DNA of 63,647 nucleotides, the filler included, from Octopus bimaculoides (lineage: Eukaryota): assembly GCF_001194135.2 (NCBI RefSeq). It is 4 parts of 4 records of this genome, joined end to end, with 100 filler letters (N's around TTAATTAATTAA, not from the genome) between each part and the next. Parts side by side here need not be neighbours in the genome. Positions count along the whole stretch, not along the records: positions 40,549 to 61,851 come from NC_068991.1; 3 more parts are not named here. One strand, 5' to 3'. A program made the position numbers and the translations under genes. Of the stretch, positions 50,180-61,556 are shown in pieces. Each line of letters opens with the position of its first letter. Positions within the stretch are counted from its first letter, which is position 1. The notes under the pieces were generated by a model. It saw nothing but the letters and a program-made list of their open reading frames with translations, made no database searches and was not told the DNA's origin.

Positions 50180-50940
50180 ATTGATAACGATAGTAATAGA
50201 TAACCTTCCACCGCCACCACATTCATAAATATACACACCGAGACAACAAACAGTGTCACCGCCTGTTAAGCAGCTAATAGTAGTTTTAAGTGAGGTAGCA
50301 TCGGTGTTGTTGTAGTTTTAGCACAGATCGAAAAGACGGATGTCTGGATATCCAAGAATCTAAGTTTCCAAAGAGAAAAATTCTTTAATGTAAAATGAAG
50401 TAGGCCTTTTGCATGAAATAATATACATTAGTGGGTAAAGAAATGGAAATGGGAGGGGGGGGGAGAAACTACGAGGAAACTACCGGAAGTGAGAATACTA
50501 AAGTGTAATTATGTAAAAACTAAATAAATGAGATGGGATAGCCACAATGGGAACGCTTTTTAAAAACCGAACTTATAAAAGAAAACTGTATTATGTTTAA
50601 AACATTTTAACGTTATGAAAGCGAAAATTAAAAACAGTTAAATTTCAACATCATTCTAACTAACGCTAAGAATGGATGTTTGAGCAGACCAATAATTAAA
50701 GGCATTTAATGCCGTGGCCATCCTTCGCCCTTTTTTTTCTTTTCTTTTTTCAGACATAATAACCGATTTGTCCTTTTATTTATTTAAGCCTTCAAAACTA
50801 TAGTGTAAATGACTTGAAAGACATTTAGCAGTTATTTCTACCTAGTTAAGAGACCACATAGAAGTTCGGTGGCTGGCTCTTGTAATGTGATTGAAGCCAA
50901 ACAAAACAGAAAAGATCCGGTGGTGGTGGGGTTATAATTG

Positions 50941-51090
50941 GGTTCTGAGTTCAAATTCCGCCGAGGTAGATTTTTGCCTTTCATCCTTTCGGAGTCGATA
51001 AATTAGGTACCAGTGAAACACTGAGATCGATGTAATCGACTAGTCTCCTTCCTCAAAATTTCAGGGCTTCTGCCTTTAGTAGAAAAGATT
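50941..51090 (+). mobile_element. SINE family C fragment
   Basis: gttctgagttcaaattccgccgagg...cctttcatcctttcggagtcgataaatt. Confidence 0.8.
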
Positions 51091-51538
51091 ACTATTATTA
51101 TTATACAACATTTATATTTTAGAGGCAGTGAAAAAGTGTCATTGACCAAGACCGTAGATGTTAACGTCCAATCTTTGTAATGTTTGTACAGCCCATATGA
51201 TGAAATAAAACAAAAGTGAAAATACATATATCTATTTTAAATGGTTATTACGACTTTTCTACGATGTAATTTGCTTCTAAGGTAGGTATCCAATTAAGCG
51301 TGGAGTTACTCAACACACATTGCTAACCTACGGTCCTTAAACACCGATTTTCGGATTTTTGTCAAATGTGTTGAATACCACTTTCGTTTGTTCACTCATG
51401 TGTGTCGTTTGCTTATGAAGTGTATGGGGCTAATGTAGTTTCGCACCTTTCCTTGAAAAATGCTTTTTTTTTTTTTAAGTTTTTTCAAATTCCTACATTT
51501 TAGATGTCGGAGATAACGAATATACAAAAAAAATTAAC

Positions 51539-51853
51539 CCCCACTCCCATTTAAAATTTTGAACTTTTTCGAAATTTTCTTTCCCTATGTGTTTGTTAGA
51601 TGACGGAGATTCCGGATATACAAGAAACCACGTTTTGAAACTATTAAATTCAATAAGCATATATATAGGTGTATAAAGAGATAGATAGATATGAATGTCT
51701 TCCTGGGGCTAAAAGCAACAGTAACCCCGTCTTCTATAGGACCGCCACATTTAGTTGACAAATATATTTTATGAATAAACGGATAGGGATAAATAGATAG
51801 GTAAATAAATAAATGAACGAAAAAGTTCAAAATTTAAAATCGGGGGAGGGGTG
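51539..51853. mobile_element. MITE-like element with ~30-bp inverted ends, flanked by a ~62-bp direct repeat (51361-51424 / 51900-51960)
   Basis: cccactcccatttaaaattttgaactttttcg vs cgaaaaagttcaaaatttaaaatcgggggagggg. Confidence 0.55.
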
Positions 51854-52985
51854 CATTAAACTTTATAACATTAATTATTAGATATTGTTTGTTTTCCTAC
51901 CAAATGTGTTGAATTCCACTTTCGTTTGTTCACTTGTGTGTCCTTTGCTTATGAAGTGTATTAATACATTCCGGTTTAAATTTATAAATACATTTCAAAT
52001 TATCAAAGAATCATATTTTAAAAACTAATACAGCTATTACAAAATACTCGTTATTTACCAAATAAATAGAGTATTATACTGAAATCCATTACTGCTTCTT
52101 TAAGTACTTTTTAAGATAAAGAGTAAAGTTGACCTCGGCGGCATTTGAACTCAGAAAGTAAAGACAGACGAAATACAGCTTAGCATTTTGCCGATCAATG
52201 TTAACGATTCTGCCGGAATAAGTTAAGAAATGAATGTTATTGATATAGCCCTGTTAAAAGCTGGACTTAAAGACAGGATCGAATTCATGAATTTCCAAAC
52301 GTCGAGAAATTCTGACCGTCGATTGAGAATTATTTGAATTCAAAATTTTAAAAAGAATGTTGATCAATACCCACTTATTTCATCACGTGCATTTGTTTAC
52401 ATTGAATTGCTATTGCTGAAATATATATATTTTTAAAAAAGTGTATACTAGCCCCTAGTGTAAATAATCTAAATCATCGCTGTTGTGGACTCTGAGGGAA
52501 AAAAATGTGTTGATATGAGAATACAACAGGTAGACTGTCATAGCAATATGTAATCAACAAAAATCAGCTGAGTTAAGTACACAAATACATGCATAATGGA
52601 ATGTAGGTAGGACTTGTTTTAGCTTATCGCTTAAAAGGTATGTGAGCGAGTGTAGGGGTACTTATTAACCCAGATAACATCTAAACAGCCTCATTAGAAC
52701 CAAATTAACAATCGTGAAATACAAAAATACATAAACAATAACGAATATCATTTGATTTGTAATGATTTTTGGTTTTTTTTTTCATTCATTGAAATAGAAT
52801 AGAAACTTTATAATTTGATAGTAATTTATAAAAATATAATCATAGTTTTTCTTTGGCAGTGTTTGTCTGTGAAATATTGTTTGTATTTTTTTTTTTTAAA
52901 TAAGTTTTTTTTTTTTTTTATGATTCTCCGAAAAGATACTGAAATGATTTTCATGGAAAGGGTATCCAAGATAGCTACAGGTGTT

Positions 52986-53390
52986 TTAATGGCAGGAATA
53001 ATTACGCGGTACCTTGACCTTCTTCAAATTATTGAAAAAGGCAGCAATTCCTAAGTGATCTTCATCATCTGCAGATTGTCTAGAAGAGTCTATAGAGTCT
53101 ATATTACCGACACTGTCTTCAGATGATGATGATGCATGTCTTATCGACGAACTGTCGCTGTAACTTAACTTCGAGTGAAGTCGTCTTCTCTCTAAGTTGT
53201 CCAAACGGTGAAGGTCGTGATTCAGCCTTTGTACAGTAGCCTCTAGCAAGGCATGTATACGATAGAAATTAGTTTTCTGACCTTCTAGTAACATTTTCTT
53301 AGTTTGTGCTCGATCTATTAACTTTTTAATTACTCCTCTGTTCTCATTAATCACACCAGATCGATGCGGTTTCGATGCAAGCGGTTTCAT
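52986..53390 (-). CDS. Putative first coding exon/ORF (134 aa) of an uncharacterised protein with a helical N-half and a Ser/Asp-rich C-half
   Basis: MKPLASKPHRSGVINENRGVIKKLIDRAQTKKMLLEGQKTNFYRIHALLEATVQRLNHDLHRLDNLERRRLHSKLSYSDSSSIRHASSSSEDSVGNIDSIDSSRQSADDEDHLGIAAFFNNLKKVKVPRNYSCH*; non-repetitive, protein-like; lies in an exon starting at 53526 behind a canonical acceptor (ttttctttcttacAG); may splice out at AAG|GTACCG or AAG|GTCAAG near the end. Confidence 0.55.
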   Translation of the reverse strand: MKPLASKPHRSGVINENRGVIKKLIDRAQTKKMLLEGQKTNFYRIHALLEATVQRLNHDLHRLDNLERRRLHSKLSYSDSSSIRHASSSSEDSVGNIDSIDSSRQSADDEDHLGIAAFFNNLKKVKVPRNYSCH

Positions 53391-53644
53391 TGATGGAATT
53401 ATATAAAATGTCAATTAGTGAAAATTTAGTGAATGAAAACAAGTGAAAAATGATTAACAAATGACAAATCTCGATTCAGTAAAACGATAGATAAATGTTG
53501 ATGTTAACATAGAACATTAATAAAGCCTGTAAGAAAGAAAATGTGTTACATGTGGAAGAGATTCCTGTCGTATTTATCTTTCGTTATCGGTTATGGCATG
53601 TCGACAGCTTCGAGTTGTAGCGGAGAAAATGTACAAATAGTTAC

Positions 53645-53750
53645 CGTAATGAACTGACAGTAATTCAAGTGATGGCTGAGAGGTATTTAGGTAAAGATCC
53701 AACGTGATCCCAGCCAACACATAACAATTACAGAGATAAACAAAGTAAAT
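53645..53750 (-). other. Candidate 5'UTR exon (106 nt)
   Basis: Acceptor tttcatttccattacAG (53752), donor acg|GTAACT (53644); flanking introns 118 nt and 72 nt, the latter opened by GTAAGT at 53822. Confidence 0.45.
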
Positions 53751-53833
53751 CTGTAATGGAAATGAAACTTCCAGTGTTTCAAAGATGGCGGTAGAAACTT
53801 AACTGTGATCTGCACTACTTACATGCACATTGT

Positions 53834-53841
53834 TGACGTCA
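53834..53841. promoter_or_regulatory. Perfect CRE palindrome TGACGTCA
   Basis: Direct reading. Confidence 0.4.
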
Positions 53842-54060
53842 GTGTCGGTGAAAGAAAGTAGTCCAAAGAATTCTTTAGCTTAAGTAGTTAACTTTTCCAG
53901 AAATCAAAACACAGATTTGAATACCATTATAAAATTAACATTTCAGTTTTGATTATGTTGATTTAAAAGTTGGAGAATTGTTTTCTTTTAATTTCCTTTT
54001 GTAGTCTTGAGTTGTTCGGTGTCGCAGTAATACCAACAGATTCTTTTCCTTTAAATTTGA

Positions 54061-54068
54061 TGACGTCA
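54061..54068. promoter_or_regulatory. Perfect CRE palindrome TGACGTCA
   Basis: Direct reading; TGACGT half-sites also occur at ~54108 and ~54190. Confidence 0.4.
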
Positions 54069-54367
54069 GCATTCCAGGTGAGACAATCACTTACGTGGTC
54101 CCAGTGTTGACGTTCGAATAATACAGGAAATCCTGATTGCCCCTCATCCTACTTCAAACTCATTTTATTCCTCGTCTTCGCTTCAGTTGTGACGTTATAA
54201 TGCAATTACGGCAATCCAAGTACAACATACACTCCCTCATAACTTCTATATTTCGGAGAAATTTCACAAAATGTTTGCGAATTTTGTGTTCTACACTCTG
54301 GAATTCTTACGATCATACAAAAAAAAATGGTTTTCTTTAAATTTTTTTAAATCCCCGCTTTCCATAA

Positions 54368-54449
54368 ATCCTAAAATTTTTACTTTTTTCGAATTTTTTT
54401 TTTACCTATGATTAAAAAAAAAATTCGAAAAAAGTAGAAATTTTAGGAT
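54368..54449. repeat. AT-rich ~37-bp inverted repeat with ~8-nt loop
   Basis: atcctaaaatttttacttttttcgaatttttttttta vs taaaaaaaaaattcgaaaaaagtagaaattttaggat; about one mismatch. Confidence 0.9.
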
Positions 54450-54460
54450 CTGCCCTTTGT

Positions 54461-54652
54461 CTCTTGCTATTTTACTTGTTTCAGTCATTTGACTGTGGCC
54501 ATGCTGGAGCACCGCCTTTAGTCGAGCAAATCGACCCCAGGACTTATTCTTTGGAAGCCTAGTACTTATTCTATCGGTCTCTTTTGCCGAACCGCTAAGT
54601 TACGGGGACGTAAACACACCAGCATCGGTTGTCAAGCGATGTTAGGAGAACA

Positions 54653-54696
<44 letters not shown>

Positions 54697-54867
54697 CACA
54701 TATATACGACGGGATTCTTTCAGTTTCCGTCTACCAAATCCACTCACAAGGCTTTGGTCGGCCCGAGGCTATGGTAGAAGACACTTGCCCAAGGTGCCAC
54801 ACAGTGGGACTGAACCCAGAACCATGTGGTTGGTAAGCAAGCTACTTACCACACAGCCACTCCTGCG

Positions 54868-54869
<2 letters not shown>
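54461..54869 (-). mobile_element. SINE family A, essentially full-length young copy
   Basis: Begins ggcgcaggagtggctgtgtggtaag on the minus strand; internal (TA)(TG)n; 3' tail ...gactgaaacaagtaaaa. Confidence 0.92.

Positions 54870-54950
<81 letters not shown>
54870..54950. repeat. (TA)n microsatellite
   Basis: Direct reading. Confidence 0.95.
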
Positions 54951-54953
<3 letters not shown>

Positions 54954-54999
54954 ACCACCTGATGCCATCTTAGTTTATTTGTCACTCTAGCATTGATGT

Positions 55000-55250
55000 C
55001 TTTCAATATTTTTCTCCCCATGGCACCCATGAATCGCAGTTGTTTGCCAGTGTCATGTAAATAGTACCTGTGCTGGAGGTACATAAAAGCACCCATTACA
55101 CTCCTAGAGTGTTTAGCATTAGGAAGGGCATCCAACCGTAGAAACCTTGCCAAATCAGACTGGAAGCTGATGCAGCTCTCTGGCTTATCAATTTCAGTCA
55201 GATTGCCAAACCCATGCCAGCATGGAGAGTGGACGTTAAATGATGTGGAA
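55000..55250 (+). mobile_element. SINE/RTE-tail family D fragment
   Basis: ggaagggcatccaaccgtagaaacc...cccatgccagcatggagagtggacgttaaatgatg; a similar tail occurs at 58310-58360. Confidence 0.6.
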
Positions 55251-55379
55251 GGAACTCATGGGTTTTGTTTAGCCCAAGGGTGGTCCATTGCTGGAATTTA
55301 AACAAAAAAATCTTTGTAATTTGAATTTTTAACCACCACCACCCACACTAAGCAAGTGTGTATGTGCAAGAAAAAGCAT

Positions 55380-55515
55380 TTGCTTACCAACCACATGGTT
55401 CCGGGTTCAGTCCCACTGCGTGGCACCTTGGGCAAGTGTCTTCTACTATAGCCTCGAGACAACCAAAGCCTTGTGAGTGGATTTGGTAGACGGAAACTGA
55501 AAGAAGCCCGTTGTA

Positions 55516-55556
<41 letters not shown>

Positions 55557-55748
55557 TTGTGTTTGTCCCCCCAACATCTCTTGACAACCGATGCTGGTGT
55601 GTTTACGTCCCTGTAACTTAGCGGTTCAGCAAAAGAGACCGATAGAATAAGTACTAGGCTTCCAAAGAATAAGTCCTGGGGTCGATTTGCTTGAATAAAG
55701 GCGGTGCTCCAGCATGGCCACAGTCAAATGGCTGAAATAAGTAAAAGA
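55380..55748 (+). mobile_element. SINE family A, 5'-truncated young copy
   Basis: Near-consensus sequence, oriented divergently from the 54461-54869 copy. Confidence 0.9.
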
Positions 55749-58441
55749 CTATTTAAATAAATTCTTTTACATAACTTTTTTAAATCACTGTGGATAAATC
55801 CCAGCAATGGTTTGGCCCTCCAGACATGTGTGATCGATATGGGCTAATTCTAATTTTAGCACCTGTAAGGATTTTGGGTAAAGGAAAGGGGTTAAAATTT
55901 TTTTTTGCATAATCGTATGAGGTCCAGTCATCAGAACACAAATTTGCAAAAAGTTTCTGAAAATTCAAAAATCTAAAAAAAAAAGTTATGACCGGTTACA
56001 TGGTGTGCTTCGATCCTACTTGTGGTTTTTGTGTTGATGTTCATATAAGACGGAAAATCCTGTTTGCCCCCTCATCCTACCTTAAATTCATCATATTCCT
56101 CGTCTTTGCTTCTATTATGACATTATAATCCAATTGTTACTTCAGCTAACATTATACATAACAAACTATTGTTTTTGATTAAATAGGAAATACTTTTAAG
56201 GATGGGAAATTGTATTTACAAATGTTTGGTTATTTTTTTATGTATGTCAGTCTAGGGAGGATAGAAATAGTCCAATAACCTTTACAAACCACACCCACTT
56301 TCAGTCTGAACCCAGTGCGTTGGTTGAAAATCTGCCAATGAGGTGGTCTGCGCATGGTCAGTCTGTTTGCTAGAAATAGCAGTCATACATTTCATCAAAG
56401 CGGGCATGGAATGGTGAAGTTGGATAATGGATCTGGGCAGACACTTCCTTAAAAGAGAAGAAAAGTCATGACTTCAATACCTTTCATCCTACTTAGGTCT
56501 GCGCGACTTGGACAGGGCGAGATTTTGGAAATCAGGATCAAAAGCTGCTGTCATTAGCACCCAAGGATCGTAGACTGCTGTTATTAAAACCCAAGAATCA
56601 AGGCTTGATATTGTTGTTTTGATCCAGGCCTGGCCTGATCAACAGACCACTGATTAGGCATTACAGCTATAAGTATGCTGTTTTATTTATTTTATCAAGT
56701 TCTGCAGAGTTTGTATACATCCAATTTTTACAATGGTAGTGTGTCTACTAGCCCTTCAAATCTGAAGGGCTAAGGGATTTCACTGCTGCCTTGTCATTGG
56801 CTCAGGGTTTTTTCATGCTAAACTAGATGGTATGTTGTGTCTAGCAAACTAAGTCTGAAACTTCATATTTTGGAGAAATTTGTGAATTGATGTAAAGGAG
56901 TGCTGAATACCAGTACTTAAAATAAGAAAATGAAAGCAAGTCATTCTTTTTTTTAAAACAAAAAAGCTAATCTAAGATATTTTTCATAGCTTAAAATACT
57001 TGGGTTTGGGGGGGGGGGGCTGTTTGCCTTTTGTTCTTTTTCTTTTTTTCATTTTTCGCTTTTTTTCTTGCTGTGTGTATGTGTGTGTGTTTTTTTTTAT
57101 TAGTTCTAAGTGCTTGGGAAATATTTCAGCTTTATCAGTTTAAAATCTTATACAAACACAAAACTAAAAAAAAATTTGGAAGATCCCATTCATAAAGTCT
57201 TTCATTTCCATATATTAACAGAATGACTTACCCTTTCATCTTTCATCCTTTCTCTAATTATTTTTTCTCCCCTTCACCGTTTTCTCTCTCTCTCTCCCCC
57301 CCTCTTCCTCCTTTACTCTCTCATTCATTGCTCACATGACCATCGTCCATCATTCCTTTCCTCACATGATCATCTTTCTTTTCCATCAGTCTGTTGCACA
57401 GTCCAGATGCATTTCTATCTGTCTCTTTTCCTATCTTTTCTTTTATCAAAGAATCTTCTTCCAGCGTTCGCTACCTTACCTCATCTGAGCCTAAAAGCCC
57501 TCTCTGTTTGTATTCATTTGGTTTGATTTCTTGTATGTCCTTCTTTTGTTACCAACTTCGACCCTCTGCAAATCCCAAATTTTATTTTGGTTCACAGGAG
57601 CAACTGCCTTCAAAGTCTTGTCTTGTCATTCATTGCTCGAAATAAGGAGTAGAAGGACACCCTTAATAAGGTACTGTTTGACAATTGATTGTAGATCGAT
57701 GAAGGGTCGTTTTTTATGTTACTTGTCTTGTTTTTCATGTGTTTCTCTCGCTCTTTGCATACCTAATGTTATTTTCATATTTCATATTTAGGTTTTGTGA
57801 TGTCCTGTACCCATATATGCATACCTCCATACATACATATGTATGTACATATGTGTGTGTATATATGCATATATATATTATTTATATTATTATAAGTCAA
57901 TGTAATTTGATGACCTCCATCCCACAGAAAACAGTAGTTTTGGATCAATGTTGGAAATTGTTTATTGTAAGTAGTAGTGTCAACAGTTTCAGCTAGCCCT
58001 CTCCTCTCAAAACTGTTGATCATTATCCTAAATTAGAAACAATAATCAATATTAGGACAATCATTACCATTCCAGGTAAAATACTTAGCAATATTTCATT
58101 CGTCCAAATGTTCAAAGTTCAAATTCCATCAAAAGTTGACTTTGCCTCTCATCATTTTGCTGTTGATAAAATAAGTACCAGTTAAACACCAAGATCGATG
58201 TAATTGGCTTACGCCTGCCCCCAAACTTGCTGGCCTTGTGCCAAAATTCGAAACCGGTAGTAGGGCAGCATTCTTAGTGTCCTTTGGCTCATCAGCTACT
58301 GTTGAACCATTCAACCCATGGCAGCATGGAAAATAAATATTAAATGGTGTTGCTGATGATGATATTGATGGATTGCAGTCTGTATAGATATGAACAAAGT
58401 ATCACAGTTTGTGGTAATATTCTGAGGTCAACCATTTAGGT

Positions 58442-59076
58442 CAGTGTTTCTCAATCATTTTTTCATATCTATGGACTCCTTTGATTACTATTTTCTGGTT
58501 GATCCTCATAGACACTTGATGTTTAAAAACTAATATCATATGTATATCTTTCAAAATTCCTATTTTGTCTATCACACATTCCCTTGTGTAAGCTGGGCTA
58601 TGGGAGGCACAATGGCCCAGTGGTTAGGGCAGTGGACTCGCGGTTTCGATTCCCAAACTGGGCATTGTGTGTTTATTGAGTGAAAACACCTAAAGCTCCA
58701 CGAGGCTCCGGCAGGGGTGGTGGTGACCCCTGTTGTATTCTTTCATTCCAACTTTCTCTCACTCTTTCTTCCTGTTTCTTCAATAACGCTGGAATGGTCT
58801 GGTGTCCTGTCCAGCTGGGGGGGAACACATATGCCATAGAGACCGGGAAACTGGGTCCATGAGCCTGGCTAGGCTTGAAAAGTTTGCATAAAAAAAAATA
58901 AGCAGGGCTATGTAAAACATTAGCGAAAGAAAACTAGCTGTCTTTTACAATAAAGCAAAATTTTTTTCATTGATCCATAAAATACTGATATCCAATTTAC
59001 TGTTTTGCTTGTGTGGATCCCTCAAAATCTTATATGGACCACCCGGGGTTACATGGACCATGGTTGAGAACCACTG
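58442..59076. mobile_element. hAT-like MITE (cagtgtttctcaa / ttgagaaccactg ends)
   Basis: Terminal 13-bp inverted ends; no intact TSD seen. Confidence 0.45.
58603..58898 (+). mobile_element. Full-length tRNA-headed SINE (family B head, alternative tail) with poly-A and 14-bp TSD, nested in the MITE
   Basis: A box tggcccagtgg, B box ggtttcgattcc; TSD taagctgggctatg (58589-58602) / taagcagggctatg (58899-58912). Confidence 0.85.
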
Positions 59077-59807
59077 AAAGTGATGCTAAATAAAATATAT
59101 GCTGAGTACTAGGGCCAATCCTATAGACTTGTCCACTCAGTGGGTTTTTTTTTCCAAGTATCTATATCAGAAATTGAGGGCATTTTTCAAATGTCACATC
59201 AGAGTAATCTAAAGGTTTTGTGTCAAATGCCCAAAATTACATGGTGGTTTTNNNNNNNNNNNNNNNNNNNNNNNNNNNNNNNNNNNNNNNNNNNNNNNNN
59301 NNNNNNNNNNNNNNNNNNNNNNNNNNNNNNNNNNNNNNNNNNNNNNNNNNNNNNNNNNNNNNNNNNNNNNNNNNNNNNNNNNNNNNNNNNNNNNNNNNNN
59401 NNNNNNNNNNNNNNNNNNNNNNNNNNNNNNNNNNNNNNNNNNNNNNNNNNNNNNNNNNNNNNTATATATATATATATATATATATATTCCCAAATTATCA
59501 AAAATCGAATATAAATATATATTAAAATAATATATATTACCTAATGGTAAAACCCAATAATATAAAATATACACATATACACAAATAAAAGGTGATAAAA
59601 CCTAAGAGGGTAATATTAGTGAAGTTGAATGAAGAAAAATATATGGAATAAATTCATACATAATAAAGGTGACTAAAAATTTAAGGCAATGGAACAAAAA
59701 TAATATTAAATATATAAAAAATACAAGAGTTATAAATATATAAAGAAATTAGTGTAAGGAAACCAGAACAGTCCATTCAAGCTCATCTCCATGATTATTT
59801 CAAACAA

Positions 59808-59838
<31 letters not shown>

Positions 59839-59994
59839 CATACATACATACATACACACACAGAGGGTGCAATGGGTAAATTGTCGCCATTTTATATTTT
59901 TAATTTTGTGCATTCACATTGTTTGCTTTTGATTTTGTTGACTGCACAGTATAGCAGGGTCCTTTGGGCACTGTCTGCGAGAAAAACAGACCTA

Positions 59995-60055
59995 AACCAG
60001 CACAATGATGTTACGCAATTCCTTGCTAGAATTGCGTAACTTCATTGTATCAGTC
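59995..60055 (-). ncRNA. Candidate short hairpin, pre-miRNA-like
   Basis: acaatga-t-gttacgcaattc / gaattgcgtaac-t-tcattgt: 12-bp plus 7-bp perfect stems separated by one mismatch, with extra G-U pairs on the minus strand. Confidence 0.4.
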
Positions 60056-60155
60056 CATCAGATCAAATAGTCATATGGACTCTTCTAGCCTTTATTTTTT
60101 TTTTTTTCCTATCTTTTCTACTCCAACATTTAACGACTTGTTCACTTGGACTTAC

Positions 60156-60517
60156 ATCACTCCAGCAACTTCTGCAAAGCAAGGACTAAGTTCAAGGAGT
60201 ACAATCCCGCAAAATACATTTCTATACCATCAGTTTCTATCTTACTAGGAATGAAAAGCAGGATGTCCTTGTTGAAAGTCAACTTGAAAGTTCTTGGGGA
60301 CATTAGAATAGAATGTATTGTACGAACCAACTACCACAGACGGTTATTTCCAAGACTTCTCCAGAAGTGTGAGGTTAGAGTTCGTTTCAATATCTCTGAA
60401 TAATCGATGGCGAAATTTACACCATCTGTACACAGACATGCTTTATACTCGGGTTGTTAGATAAATTCGTTCTTTTTGTCTGTGCGACATTCCATCGTCT
60501 GGAATGTCATGCATTGT
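60156..60517 (-). other. Candidate non-coding/5'UTR exon (362 nt) with short uORFs
   Basis: Acceptor catattttacctcttcAG (60519), donor gat|GTAAGT (60155); all three frames are closed. Confidence 0.45.
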
Positions 60518-60879
60518 CTGAAGAGGTAAAATATGTTTAAATTTTAAAAACGATGGACCAAAGTTCTAGAAGAACTGTTGCAAAACCCCATAAAAAACCT
60601 ACAATAAATAATACTTTCCATGTTGACTCAAATAACATCGAAAAGATTTAAAATAAAGGCTGGGGGTGGAGAACGAATGAATTTATCTGAAAATCCAATA
60701 CTTTTGTTAATGAAAAATGATGCCTAATTGGAAGCATCGTAATTAGAACGTAGCCAAGAATCTAAGAGTTTTCACGCTGTAGATCATTCGGTTCTCTTTG
60801 GTGCAAGTATCAGGATCAACTTGCCGCAGATTCAAATTAATTATCGAAAGAAGAAAATACAAAGAAAACTTATTAGTTT

Positions 60880-61087
60880 TGTTACAAGGCCAGCGGTTTT
60901 GAAGGAAGGAAGCAAATCGATTACATCGATAACAGCATTTGACTGATACTTATTTTATCGATCTATAAAAGATGAAGAAATGAAAAGTTGACCTCAGCGA
61001 AATTTGAACTCAGAATGTAAAGACGGACGAAATACCGCTAAGCATTTTGTCCTATGTGCTAACGATTCTGCCAACTCACCTCCTTAA
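60880..61087 (-). mobile_element. SINE family C
   Basis: Reverse complement of the family C consensus. Confidence 0.85.
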
Positions 61088-61511
61088 GAACGACAAAGGA
61101 TGAAAGAAAGAAGAGGATGGCGATGAGCAGAAGGTAATATTTCATTTAATAATCATATGAAATCTACAGTAGCTGTAAGAGTAGATAAAGAGATTAGATT
61201 AACACAGAAGAGGGATACATGGAGAAATTTCAAAAAATGCAAGAGAAGAAGTATTGATAGAATTGTAGTGGCAGATATAGAAAGGAATAAAAGCAATGAA
61301 CGTTAGATATAAGAAATTGAAGGGATGAATGAATGAGAGAGAGAGAGAGAGGATGAAGTAGATGAGGCGCAGGCGTAGCTAGATAGAAAAAAGGTGGACA
61401 TGTATATTATATACACGTTTGTGTGTCATTGTGACACAACATCTAGAAACAGATAATTCTAATAAATCAAGAATTTGCGTTGTATTTTATATACTTGTAT
61501 CTGTTTATGCT

Positions 61512-61556
<45 letters not shown>

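Noticed and set aside
54089-54094. Minus-strand GTAAGT donor as exon 1 boundary
   Set aside because: It lies within a repeat also present at ~56015-56140, so it may be TE-derived; not used in the model.
58603-58660. tRNA-like sequences with A and B boxes (also SINE heads at 7536, 13203, 54869 and others)
   Set aside because: They are SINE heads with no complete cloverleaf, embedded in multi-copy repeats.
60010-60040. acgcaattct / agaattgcgt resemblance to miR-219, and UUGCGUA…UUGUGC resemblance to miR-242
   Set aside because: The seed regions and arm position do not match, so no family name was assigned.
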